DNA from: a virus | Taxonomy: Duplodnaviria > Caudoviricetes | DNA: 55,527 bases | Reading direction: 5' to 3' (one strand) | Virus record (IMG/VR): IMGVR_UViG_3300032163_000018 | Location: 1-55,527 of that record | Shown here: in pieces, positions 36,895-46,027 of the stretch | How positions within the stretch are numbered: the first letter of the stretch is position 1 | Layout: each line of letters opens with the position of its first letter | Program-made: the position numbers and the translations under genes | Notes under the pieces: generated by a model | The model's input: only the letters and a program-made list of their open reading frames with translations | What the model was told of the DNA's origin: nothing | Database searches by the model: none

Positions 36895-37117
36895 GATGTT
36901 AGAATATAAAAAAGAAGTCATTAAGGCTATGGAAGAATATCTTAAAGCTAAAGGATATCCAGATAATTTCAGTAATGAACAGATAATGACCGATCTTTCT
37001 AATATTTACAGGCACTTAGAAGATAAGGGTCTTGTAAGGTATGGCTTAAATTATGCTTTCTTTAGACAAATAGCGGAGCAACAGTTTTTTATTAATTTAA
37101 TGAATTCAAGATCTTAA
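36881..37117 (+). CDS. Hypothetical protein
   Basis: 78 aa, overlaps the previous gene. Confidence 0.6.
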   Translation: MMTPEMLEYKKEVIKAMEEYLKAKGYPDNFSNEQIMTDLSNIYRHLEDKGLVRYGLNYAFFRQIAEQQFFINLMNSRS

Positions 37118-37124
37118 TTATCTA

Positions 37125-37153
37125 TTGACCGCTAGATCTTGATATGGTATACT
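37125..37153 (+). promoter_or_regulatory. Sigma70 promoter
   Basis: TTGACC-17 bp-TATACT with TG extension. Confidence 0.75.
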
Positions 37154-37170
37154 CAATTTAAAGGAGCTTT

Positions 37171-37896
37171 ATGCAAATTAACAAAGAAGTATTAAAAAGT
37201 CTCGACCCGTGTTCAGATCGTTACAAAAACTATCTTGAAAATTATCCTAATTTCGACGGATCATTTGATGAATTTCTTGATCTTGAAAACATTACTCATA
37301 ATGATAAAATTTGGGTTGCTAAAAGAGTATTAAATACAAATCAAATAGTACATTTTGGATTATTATGTGCCCAAAGTGTTTTACATATCTTTGAGGAAAA
37401 ATATCCAGAAGATAAAAGACCAAGAAATTGTATTGAATATTTAATAAAAATTGATGATTTTTCAAAAGTAACAGATGAACAAAGAGAAGAAATTTTAAAG
37501 CATAGAGACGCTGCTGCCGATTCTTATGCTGTTTATGCTGCTGCTAATGCTGCTGTTTATACTGCTGCTAATGCTGCTGTTTATGCTGCTGATACTGCTG
37601 CTAATGCTGCTGTTTATGCTGCTGATGCTGATGCTGCTGCTGTTTATGCTGCTGCTAATGCTGCTGTTTATGCTGCTGATACTGCTGCTAATGCTGCTGT
37701 TTATGCTGCTGATGCTGATGCTGCTGTTTATGCTGCTGCTAATGCTGCTGTTTATGCTGCTGATACTGCTGATACTGCTGCTAATGCTGCTGTTTATACT
37801 GCTGTTTATGCTGCTGATGCTGATGCTGATGCTGCTGCTCGATTAAACCAGCAAAATCTTAATATTCAGTTTTTAAAAATGGCGGCTAGTTTGTAA
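37171..37896 (+). CDS. Imm5-like domain protein with Ala-rich tract, paralog 2
   Basis: N-terminal ~110 aa and the QQNLNIQFLKMAASL tail closely match the 26154 gene. Confidence 0.7.
   Translation: MQINKEVLKSLDPCSDRYKNYLENYPNFDGSFDEFLDLENITHNDKIWVAKRVLNTNQIVHFGLLCAQSVLHIFEEKYPEDKRPRNCIEYLIKIDDFSKVTDEQREEILKHRDAAADSYAVYAAANAAVYTAANAAVYAADTAANAAVYAADADAAAVYAAANAAVYAADTAANAAVYAADADAAVYAAANAAVYAADTADTAANAAVYTAVYAADADADAAARLNQQNLNIQFLKMAASL
37510..37839 (+). repeat. GCT-based trinucleotide tract (110 codons) with AANAAVY higher-order units
   Basis: NNT codons throughout except one GCC. Confidence 0.9.
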
Positions 37897-37897
37897 T

Positions 37898-38131
37898 ATG
37901 CTTCCATTACAGGCAAATACTGTTATTACTTGTCATAAGTGTGGTATAATAATAGCAGTAATTACGGATAATATACCGATACAGTTTTTTACAAAGGTTG
38001 ATTATTCTAAATTGCATTTTATTGAAAAAGAATGTGGAGAAAAAATTGATTTTGGCTGTAGTAAATGCACAGGGACATGGTATGATGCAATAAGAGGCTT
38101 CCACACTCTTAGTAGAGGATGGGTTGGATGA
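37898..38131 (+). CDS. Zn-binding hypothetical protein
   Basis: CHKC...CSKC. Confidence 0.55.
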   Translation: MLPLQANTVITCHKCGIIIAVITDNIPIQFFTKVDYSKLHFIEKECGEKIDFGCSKCTGTWYDAIRGFHTLSRGWVG

Positions 38132-39207
38132 AAAACGTACACGATTTAGTTGAATGGTTTCAAAAGAAATATCCTCAATTAGTTGTTGAAATGAAAAATT
38201 CCGATCATCATTATAATTATGGCAGAAATGACCAAAGCTTAAATCCATACCATTTAGAAGGTAGTGTTTTTTGTCACACACTCCTAGTTCTTAAAGTGAT
38301 GGAAATTAGAAATAGAGGTAAAGATTTTAATTCCATGTTAAATCTGTACTTGGCAGCCTTATTACATGACGTTGCAAAACCAGATGTTAGAATGGAAAAA
38401 CATAAGGATAGGAAAGTAAGTTTTTATAATCATGAACCCTTGTCCGCTCTACTATCTGTAGATTTTGTACATGATTTTATACAGGATTTTCCCTTGTTAC
38501 TCGGTTATATCAATCTTAGAAGAATATTTGAATTAATAGCTCTACATACTGAAGTTTTTAAGTTAGATTCAAAAGAAATTAATAAAAGAATGATTAATAA
38601 TCCACAATTAGCTCAAGATTTAGAAGAGTTGTCTTATGCAGACAGGCATGGTAGATTTTTTCATGTGGGAGGAGAAGAAATAAAAATAGAATCTCTCGTA
38701 AGGCAATTCAAAGAAAAATATGATAATCACATAACTCTTATGGTAGGGCTACCAGGATCTGGGAAATCTCATTTGTTAAAAAATAGAGACGATGTTGATA
38801 ATTACGTACTAGGAGAGGTTGTATCTAGAGATGATATGGTTATGTCTCAATTTAACAACGAAAAAACATACGACGAAGCATTTAAACTAGCAGATCATAA
38901 GAAGATAGATAAAGACTTAGACAATAAAATCAGACAATTGGTAAAAGAAAAGAAGAATTTTACTGTTGACATGACTAATTTAAGTAGGAAGTCTAGGAGA
39001 AATAAACTAGGGATAGTCGCCAAACATAACTACATGAAAACAGCTATAGTTGTTTTACCCAATCTAGCTGATTGGGTAGATAGGCTTGAGGAAAGAAAAA
39101 AAGAAGGTAAGACCATATCAGAAGAAGTTATGGAAAGAATGGCATCGTCTTTCTATCCACCACTTTTCGATGAATTTGACGAGATAGAGTATAGGATAGG
39201 CTTATGA
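38128..39207 (+). CDS. HD-domain phosphohydrolase fused to a polynucleotide-kinase-like P-loop domain
   Basis: HLEGSVFCHT...LLHDVAKP...F.NHE, then GLPGSGKS...VSRD...VDMTN. Confidence 0.85.
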   Translation: MKNVHDLVEWFQKKYPQLVVEMKNSDHHYNYGRNDQSLNPYHLEGSVFCHTLLVLKVMEIRNRGKDFNSMLNLYLAALLHDVAKPDVRMEKHKDRKVSFYNHEPLSALLSVDFVHDFIQDFPLLLGYINLRRIFELIALHTEVFKLDSKEINKRMINNPQLAQDLEELSYADRHGRFFHVGGEEIKIESLVRQFKEKYDNHITLMVGLPGSGKSHLLKNRDDVDNYVLGEVVSRDDMVMSQFNNEKTYDEAFKLADHKKIDKDLDNKIRQLVKEKKNFTVDMTNLSRKSRRNKLGIVAKHNYMKTAIVVLPNLADWVDRLEERKKEGKTISEEVMERMASSFYPPLFDEFDEIEYRIGL

Positions 39208-39248
39208 TGGCATTAATATATAGTTTAACTAAAAATTGGAGATTGGCA

Positions 39249-39277
39249 TTGACTTTAGGTCCTATACTTGATATATT
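39249..39277 (+). promoter_or_regulatory. Sigma70 promoter
   Basis: TTGACT-17 bp-TATATT with TG extension. Confidence 0.6.
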
Positions 39278-39316
39278 GATCATAATTGTTCTTGTTAATT
39301 TTTTAAAAGGACATCA

Positions 39317-39751
39317 ATGAGTAAGATAGATGATTTATTCTTAAGGAATAGGAATATTTTAGTTGGAGCTAGGGCTTCTGGTAAAACCAAAGAAGTCTTA
39401 GAACTATCATATTCTAAATTACTGGAAGGACAAGGCGTTCTCTTCGTATCTGGATATGGACTAGACGCATCAAAAAGAGCATTTTTAAGAATGAAAGAGT
39501 TGATTGATAGTAAAATTAGAGGACAGAAGATAAGGAATGTGTTGCTTTTTCTTAAACCTCCAGTTTATAATCATCTTAATTTAACCCTTGATTATGGTGG
39601 AAGTATGAATTTTATAACTTTAGAATTTTATAAAACTCCTCATTATAAATCACATCTATACGATAAACATTTTAAAATATTAGATAATATTGATGCTAAT
39701 ATAGAATTTGATGTTGCAACTATTTCTGGAACACCAGAGGAGATAAAATAA
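39317..39751 (+). CDS. Small P-loop protein
   Basis: GARASGKT Walker A. Confidence 0.55.
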   Translation: MSKIDDLFLRNRNILVGARASGKTKEVLELSYSKLLEGQGVLFVSGYGLDASKRAFLRMKELIDSKIRGQKIRNVLLFLKPPVYNHLNLTLDYGGSMNFITLEFYKTPHYKSHLYDKHFKILDNIDANIEFDVATISGTPEEIK

Positions 39752-39942
39752 TGTGTACCGTGTGTGTTGAGATAATGAAAGATAGAATGACTTTAAAAGA
39801 AGCTAGAAGAGCTTTATTTGAACTTATTGGAACCGAGGAAGATCTTGATAAGTTTTCTCATTATTCGGAGATGTATGAGGCTGTGATAGATGATCTTAAG
39901 AAACAGAATCAAACCGAAGGCTCTGACAAGGTTGTAGTTTAA
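39751..39942 (+). CDS. Hypothetical protein
   Basis: MCTVC...MTLKEARRAL.E; GAGGAG RBS. Confidence 0.6.
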   Translation: MCTVCVEIMKDRMTLKEARRALFELIGTEEDLDKFSHYSEMYEAVIDDLKKQNQTEGSDKVVV

Positions 39943-40084
39943 TGCGTATATTATTTCTATTAACAGGATTCATATTACTTACTGAAGGTTACTTGCTATC
40001 TATAATTCATGAGCCATTTTTATCCATGGCAAGCTACCTTCTTGGCGGATGTCTCTTCGTTACAACCATATTAGGAAAATTTGC

Positions 40085-40879
40085 ATGATAGTAATAGGCG
40101 ACCCACACGGGAACTATAAAACATTATTGGCATTATTAGATAAGATTCCTCAAGAGGAAAAAGATAAGGGAGTTGTCATAGCTGGCGATTTAATGGATAG
40201 AGGTCCTGGCTCAAAGCAGGTTATTCAGTATTGTATTGATAATAAGATACTGGTTGTTCTAGGTAATCATGAACAGATGATGATAGATGAGTTGGAATGG
40301 GCTTTGATAGCCTTTGATGAAATAGGGTACTTGTCTAAACAGGGACTTTGGGTTCTTAACGGTGGATATCAAACCCTAGAATCTTATACTTTTACTTCTT
40401 ATGATCTTGTTGATGATAGAGGAATTCCTAAACTTCAGATAGATAAAGAATTGTTAAGAAAACACGTTGAGTATTTAAAAACCCTACCTGTTTATTTAGA
40501 ATTTAAAGACATCGAAAACAATAGCGGTAGACATCTAGTAGTTAGTCATAGTTTAATAAATAATCTATGGCACTTAAGAAATGAAGGCGGAAACTCTGCA
40601 CGAATTTTTAAAGAACAAGTGTTATGGAACAGAAATTTTCATAAGATAAAGATTGTTCCTGGTATTTACAATGTTATAGGTCATACTCCCCAACCAAACG
40701 GTCCTAGGATAAGAAAAACCTATGCTTGTATAGATACCGGATGTTTTTATAATGAAATCGGATTTTTTAAGTTGACAGCTCTTCAATTTCCTGAGATGAT
40801 CATATACGATCAGAATAATATAGATATGCCAGATAATAGACATTTGAATTATCCGCATTTTCCTAAGGATAGGGCGTGA
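40085..40879 (+). CDS. Metallophosphoesterase (Ser/Thr phosphatase, calcineurin-like)
   Basis: GDPHG, GDLMDRG, GNHE, GHTP and DTG motifs. Confidence 0.9.
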   Translation: MIVIGDPHGNYKTLLALLDKIPQEEKDKGVVIAGDLMDRGPGSKQVIQYCIDNKILVVLGNHEQMMIDELEWALIAFDEIGYLSKQGLWVLNGGYQTLESYTFTSYDLVDDRGIPKLQIDKELLRKHVEYLKTLPVYLEFKDIENNSGRHLVVSHSLINNLWHLRNEGGNSARIFKEQVLWNRNFHKIKIVPGIYNVIGHTPQPNGPRIRKTYACIDTGCFYNEIGFFKLTALQFPEMIIYDQNNIDMPDNRHLNYPHFPKDRA

Positions 40880-41070
40880 AACTTATTAAGGGAATATTTT
40901 CATTTTTAAAAGAAACCATTGTAATGCTTTTTTGTATATTATTTTTTATAATATCGGTAATTTCCTTATTGGCGTTTGTGATGTTCTTCTCTAGTCTTTT
41001 TATGAGTATTATTTTAGTAGCTATATTGGTATTTTTAATCGCAGGGCATATGGATAGAAGAAAAAAATGA
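40876..41070 (+). CDS. Small membrane protein
   Basis: Long hydrophobic stretch. Confidence 0.55.
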   Translation: MKLIKGIFSFLKETIVMLFCILFFIISVISLLAFVMFFSSLFMSIILVAILVFLIAGHMDRRKK

Positions 41071-41726
41071 GTGAAGAAAACAATAAGACCCTAGGATTTC
41101 ATGAATTTGAAGTAAAATTCAGAGTCGAAGGAGATTTAGTATATGAATTTAAAAAACTTGTAGGTAATCTTCAAGATCTTAAAGATTTCATATATATAGA
41201 ATCTGACGATGTTTATTATATTAAAGATGAAGATTTTTTAAGACATCGTTTTTCTAATTCTAAGAAAGATAAGAGAAGTGAACTTACCTTTAAAAAGAAG
41301 TTGAATGATGGCAATAACATAAAGAGAATAGAGTATAATGTAAGGGTAGATAATAATAGTGTAGAGAATATTGCAGGATTTGTTGAGGCTTTAGGGTTTA
41401 AAAGAGGCTTTAGAATAGGGAAATTAGTGCATATTTACCGATTTAAAGACGCTACATTACCATTTTATACAGTTATAGATGAATTAGGTAAGATAGCCCA
41501 TTTTATTGAAATAGAAGTAGACGAGGAATCTCTACATGATATGACTGAAGAACAGGCTTGGGCTGTTATACAGAAATATGAAGCCATATTGGCTCCGTTA
41601 GGGATAACTCCTCAGAAGAGACTTAGGAAGAGTTTATTTGAAATGTATAGGAATAAAAATGATAAGAAAGATAATGCGATTGTTGAAGATAAGCAATCTG
41701 TTACATTACTTAGCGAAAAAGTCTAA
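41067..41726 (+). CDS. CYTH-domain triphosphate tunnel enzyme (class IV adenylate cyclase-like)
   Basis: EFEVKF (ExExK), D.YY, LRHR, LTFK and FIEIE motifs. Confidence 0.85.
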   Translation: MSEENNKTLGFHEFEVKFRVEGDLVYEFKKLVGNLQDLKDFIYIESDDVYYIKDEDFLRHRFSNSKKDKRSELTFKKKLNDGNNIKRIEYNVRVDNNSVENIAGFVEALGFKRGFRIGKLVHIYRFKDATLPFYTVIDELGKIAHFIEIEVDEESLHDMTEEQAWAVIQKYEAILAPLGITPQKRLRKSLFEMYRNKNDKKDNAIVEDKQSVTLLSEKV

Positions 41727-42105
41727 AAGACATTTTTTTGTTGAAGATGGTCCTTCAGCTCATTTCGATGTTGACGATACGCTTGTTTGTTGGTACGATA
41801 TCCCAGAAGATTGTCCTGAAGATGAAATTGTTAATGTGACTTATAGAAATTTAACAGATAGATTGAGGATAAATAAATATAATGTAAATCTTTTAAAAAA
41901 ACTTTCTATACGACATCACAAGATATGCGTGTGGTCGAAAGGCGGAAGTGGTTGGTCGAGGGCTGTTGTTAAGGCATTGAATCTAGAAGATTATGTAGAT
42001 GTTATTATGTCAAAGCCAACTTACTATATAGATGATTTAAAAGATCCTAAAGAATGGATAGGAAAATATCAGTATTATGACATAAATGGTAAAAGACATA
42101 TTTAA
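41659..42105 (+). CDS. HAD-family phosphatase
   Basis: FDVDDTL motif I, WSKGG, KP...IDD. Start uncertain. Confidence 0.75.
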   Translation: MIRKIMRLLKISNLLHYLAKKSKRHFFVEDGPSAHFDVDDTLVCWYDIPEDCPEDEIVNVTYRNLTDRLRINKYNVNLLKKLSIRHHKICVWSKGGSGWSRAVVKALNLEDYVDVIMSKPTYYIDDLKDPKEWIGKYQYYDINGKRHI

Positions 42106-42157
42106 TTATCCGCCATTTGAATTTTACAAACTTTATTGGCGTATAAACGGAGGTTAT

Positions 42158-42814
42158 ATGAAAATTGTTATTGGACTTGTAGGTGTTAAGACTAGTGGAA
42201 AATCAACCGTAGCTAGGATGATCAATGAATTTTTTGCTAATGTACGTGAAGCGGCTATAGCGGATAAACTTAAGAATGTATCTGCTGATGTTTTTGGTCT
42301 TAATAGAGAACAGTTTGATAGGCAGGATCTTAAGGAAATTCCTTTTGAGACTCCTATTGTTTTAACTCAAAAATACATTAGTCTTGTATTGAGTGGATTT
42401 AATATTGATTATTCTAATGAGCTTCAGGATAAACTACATAAACTAGAAGGTTTAGAGTTAACTAGTCCTAGACATATTGCTCAAATTGTTGGAACGGAAA
42501 TTTTACGATCTTCGGGCGACGCCGATATCCATCTTAAAAATACTCCATTAAAAGATGGAATAAACGTAGTTTCCGATATTAGATTTAAGAATGAACTGGA
42601 ATATTTTACTAAATTAGAAGGTGTTAAGTTCTTACCTCTTTATATTAGCAGACAAGTAGCTGAAGATAAGATTGCGCCTAATTCTCACGTTTCTGAAACA
42701 GAACTCTTTACTTTTAAGGATTCTTGTACTAGAATTGATAATAACGGTAGTTTTTTAGATACAGAAAGACAAGTTAAAACCGCTATAGATAAATTTTTGC
42801 TGGGAGTGAAATAA
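42158..42814 (+). CDS. Deoxynucleoside monophosphate kinase (T4 gp1-like)
   Basis: GVKTSGKST, ADKLK, SPR..Q.VGTE, SDIRF.NE and HVSE motifs; GGAGG RBS. Confidence 0.85.
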   Translation: MKIVIGLVGVKTSGKSTVARMINEFFANVREAAIADKLKNVSADVFGLNREQFDRQDLKEIPFETPIVLTQKYISLVLSGFNIDYSNELQDKLHKLEGLELTSPRHIAQIVGTEILRSSGDADIHLKNTPLKDGINVVSDIRFKNELEYFTKLEGVKFLPLYISRQVAEDKIAPNSHVSETELFTFKDSCTRIDNNGSFLDTERQVKTAIDKFLLGVK

Positions 42815-43023
42815 TGGATGATAAAGGTAACTTGTATGAATTTTTACAAGAAGTTGATAAAAAAGTTAAGGTTAAAAATTTAGATACCGGAGAAGAAAAG
42901 ATTTTTCCTAAACACACCTTAGATAAAATGGCTCAGTTAGATGAGAAATTAGCTGAAGTAGCTAAAAAGATGAGTAGAAACGAACGTAGACAATTGTTTA
43001 AAAAATTGAAGGAGAATAAATAA
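42814..43023 (+). CDS. Hypothetical protein
   Basis: 69 aa, TAATG overlaps. Confidence 0.6.
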   Translation: MDDKGNLYEFLQEVDKKVKVKNLDTGEEKIFPKHTLDKMAQLDEKLAEVAKKMSRNERRQLFKKLKENK

Positions 43024-43466
43024 TGGATTCAAAAACTTATCAAAAATTAGCGCCTAGAACTAATAATCCAGATATTAGAAAAATAGCCGAAAGACTTTTA
43101 GGTACTGATGAAAGTTATACACCTCATGACGGTGCGCTGGAAGTTGTAACATCAGAGGAAGATGCTAAGAAAAAAATTGATCTACTTCATGCTGCTATGG
43201 GGTTAGTGACTGAATCTGGTGAATTCATGGATATGCTTAAGAAACATTTATTTTATGGAAAACCACTAGATGAAGTAAATCTTCTTGAGGAAATCGGAGA
43301 TGCAAGTTGGTATTTAGCAATAGCTTTAAATGCATTGGGATCTTCTTTTGAAGAAGTTATGGCTAGAAATATTGAAAAACTTCAAGCTAGATATCCAGAT
43401 AAATTTACGGAACAGGCTGCTTTAGTTAGAAATTTAGATAAAGAACGAGAAATTCTCGAAAAGTAA
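43023..43466 (+). CDS. MazG-like nucleotide pyrophosphohydrolase
   Basis: GLVTESGE..D..KK...EEIGD..WY...N..KL..RYP. Confidence 0.85.
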   Translation: MDSKTYQKLAPRTNNPDIRKIAERLLGTDESYTPHDGALEVVTSEEDAKKKIDLLHAAMGLVTESGEFMDMLKKHLFYGKPLDEVNLLEEIGDASWYLAIALNALGSSFEEVMARNIEKLQARYPDKFTEQAALVRNLDKEREILEK

Positions 43467-43476
43467 TCTTTAATAT

Positions 43477-44778
43477 ATGCCGTTTACACAAGACGAAAGA
43501 ATTGCATTATCTAAAAGGATCACAAAGATACCTACGGATATCGCTACAGCTAACGTAGTAAAAGATCAGCTTCAGGTTGAGAAAAATAAAGCTCAAAATC
43601 TTGATAATGCTCACTCCAGTTTAATATCTGATCTAAACTTTTATGTTCACGGCTATGGTGATGAATATTCTTTTATAGATGGGAATCAAAGAAGGCACGT
43701 ACTAGAACAGGATCAGATTGATGCCGTTAAGAAAGTTTTTAAAAATGGATTTTTCCCTAATGATCCCTTAGTAGCTCCTCCCGGGGTTCCAGATGGAGTT
43801 TGGAAGTTTTTTCCTCCATATAACGGAGCTTATGCCATAGGGAAAAAATACGACGGAACTTATACTATAATAGACGGAGAACAGCCTCTTTACGCTTCAA
43901 TAGCAAGCACTATAGCTACTATTGAAACTCATACTGACATTAATAGAGTAACTGGTCAGGTTTGTGCGTCGAATATTATATCTACTGATTCTGTTATCCA
44001 CGGACTTCTTGATGATCTTAAGGATTTGGTTCAAAGATACGAAGATACACTTAATTCAGAATATTCAGCGATAATAACAGATCCAGATTCTGGAAGAAAT
44101 ACACAGAACTTGGCAGCAAAAAATGATATAACGGTCAATATTTTACCAGCAATCAATACCTGGCAAGCCTATGTGGATTTTAATACAGCACACGGAGAGG
44201 TTACTTGTGTTGGTTTTAATGGTCACGATCCAAACTCTTTGGGGTCTACAAAACTCCGTGAGACGGAATTAGATGCCTTAAAAGCCGCTTTATTAGCTAG
44301 ACAGACCTTTTTATCTGTAACTAGGGTGCCTCAGTTAATCGTTAATTTGGGAACTCCAGGACAGAACTTAACTACTGGAGAGTTAGACGGAAGTGGATCT
44401 GGTTTCTTTGACAATAGGTTTAAGATATTCGATCTAAGATTAAACGTCATAGGCGGAAGTTTATCCAAAGTCATAGGGTTACAAGCCGGAATAGATACTC
44501 AAGATCAATTAATAGCAAATAGTGCGGCTGCACAAAACACTTATTCTACAATTATGTTAGCTGTAAGGTTTCGCTCTCCTTCGGTAGGAGTAAACATAGT
44601 GCATATTCTAGACTCTACTGGATTTTCTGTATCTGATGCTGTTTATATAGTTGCCGACGACCAGAGTGAAATACTAACCGTCATTACTGCTATTTCTGGA
44701 AATACAGTGACGTTGACAAACAATATACCGCAAAAATATACAAAAGAAAATTTTAGTAGAATCTATAAGGTCTTATAA
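43477..44778 (+). CDS. Probable virion structural protein
   Basis: 433 aa. C-terminal beta domain (DSTGFSVSDAVYI) like those in the baseplate proteins. AATCTTTA motif upstream. Confidence 0.5.
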   Translation: MPFTQDERIALSKRITKIPTDIATANVVKDQLQVEKNKAQNLDNAHSSLISDLNFYVHGYGDEYSFIDGNQRRHVLEQDQIDAVKKVFKNGFFPNDPLVAPPGVPDGVWKFFPPYNGAYAIGKKYDGTYTIIDGEQPLYASIASTIATIETHTDINRVTGQVCASNIISTDSVIHGLLDDLKDLVQRYEDTLNSEYSAIITDPDSGRNTQNLAAKNDITVNILPAINTWQAYVDFNTAHGEVTCVGFNGHDPNSLGSTKLRETELDALKAALLARQTFLSVTRVPQLIVNLGTPGQNLTTGELDGSGSGFFDNRFKIFDLRLNVIGGSLSKVIGLQAGIDTQDQLIANSAAAQNTYSTIMLAVRFRSPSVGVNIVHILDSTGFSVSDAVYIVADDQSEILTVITAISGNTVTLTNNIPQKYTKENFSRIYKVL

Positions 44779-45371
44779 CAAGAATCTGCTTTATTTGGAA
44801 TTAATGTAAAAGGCGACGGCTTAAGGTAATCTTCATTAAATAACTCGGTTTCATAATACCTCCAATGTTTTTCTAGACAGTAGAGAGAAGGAGCTGACGG
44901 ATGCATTAAAGATGACGGACAAAGATCGTCTAAGTATCCTTTATTTTTTCTCAATCCTAATTTAAACATTAAATTTTCAAAGAAAGATATAAATCCCGTA
45001 ATTTCTCTGTTAGGCGAAGTGTGTTCTCTATTTAAGATACAATGTGCCAGTTCATGTTGTATTAATTCAGCACGAATCATATAGACATTATTTTGCTCCC
45101 AATATTTTCGATCAATTGTTATTCTTTTATAGATGCCATTAGTGTTACATCGTCCTATTATTTGACTATTTTCATCAAAATTGCCGAATTTAATAGAAAC
45201 TGATCCAAAATCTTCTGGCTTAACCTTCCCTTCAGAAAGATATATAAATTCTTCTACGTAGGGTTCAAAATCTTTTTCTATTTTCGGTAGTGAATTATCA
45301 AATTTTTTAGTTGATGTACAGGAAGATATTATCAATATTAATAGACTATTCCTTAGTATTTTTTTTATCAT
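44763..45371 (-). CDS. Lipoprotein metzincin-like Zn metalloprotease, second copy
   Basis: LILIISSC lipobox, HELAHCILNREH, SLMHP Met-turn. Confidence 0.75.
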   Translation of the reverse strand: MIKKILRNSLLILIISSCTSTKKFDNSLPKIEKDFEPYVEEFIYLSEGKVKPEDFGSVSIKFGNFDENSQIIGRCNTNGIYKRITIDRKYWEQNNVYMIRAELIQHELAHCILNREHTSPNREITGFISFFENLMFKLGLRKNKGYLDDLCPSSLMHPSAPSLYCLEKHWRYYETELFNEDYLKPSPFTLIPNKADSCYKTL

Positions 45372-45696
45372 ATTTTTGTAACTTAGTTCTTTTTTTGCAA
45401 TTTTGACAAAATCTATAATAAAACTCTCCATCTCTTCTATGTAAGATCGTGAGTTTTAATACGTCTTTCTTACAATCCCAGCATAACCATTTGTTTTTAT
45501 CCAAACCGTCGGTTTTTTCAATTTTTATATCTTCTTCGTATTGTTTTTGAACTAATTCTTTTAGGTTTTCGTATCTATCTATATCTAGTCTACTTATTTG
45601 CTTTCTTAATGCGGCTAATTCTCTTTTAAGTCTCTTATTCTCTTCTTTGGTTTTCTGTAACAGATCAAATTCTCTATCGCAGTATTTTCTAGTCAT
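45346..45696 (-). CDS. Coiled-coil plus Zn-ribbon protein
   Basis: CWDC...CQNC; AAGGA RBS. Confidence 0.6.
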   Translation of the reverse strand: MTRKYCDREFDLLQKTKEENKRLKRELAALRKQISRLDIDRYENLKELVQKQYEEDIKIEKTDGLDKNKWLCWDCKKDVLKLTILHRRDGEFYYRFCQNCKKRTKLQKYDKKNTKE

Positions 45697-45943
45697 TTTT
45701 ATCCTTTATTCATGAAAGTTTATAACTTTATCCTTAATCCCCCCTCTTATTAGTCTAATATTTTTCCTACGTTTTATGTGTTTCCATGCTTTGTATTTTT
45801 TAATAGATAGGGTTATTAATACGCCTAAAACTATTATTTGGATCGAACATATGAAAATTAAGGTAGAATTCATGAACCGTCTTTGGTAAAATTTGTAGAT
45901 TTATTTAATAATTTCAAGTATTTAGACATTTAATATTCTTATT

Positions 45944-45971
45944 TAAAGATTGTTATAAATTGCAATCTTTA
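45944..45971. promoter_or_regulatory. Divergent pair of candidate late-promoter motifs
   Basis: TAAAGATTG-N10-CAATCTTTA perfect inverted repeat between divergent genes. Confidence 0.4.
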
Positions 45972-46027
45972 TTAATAGTACCACATAATCCATTCTTTTA
46001 GTAAAAATCCAAGGAAATTAAGTAGTT

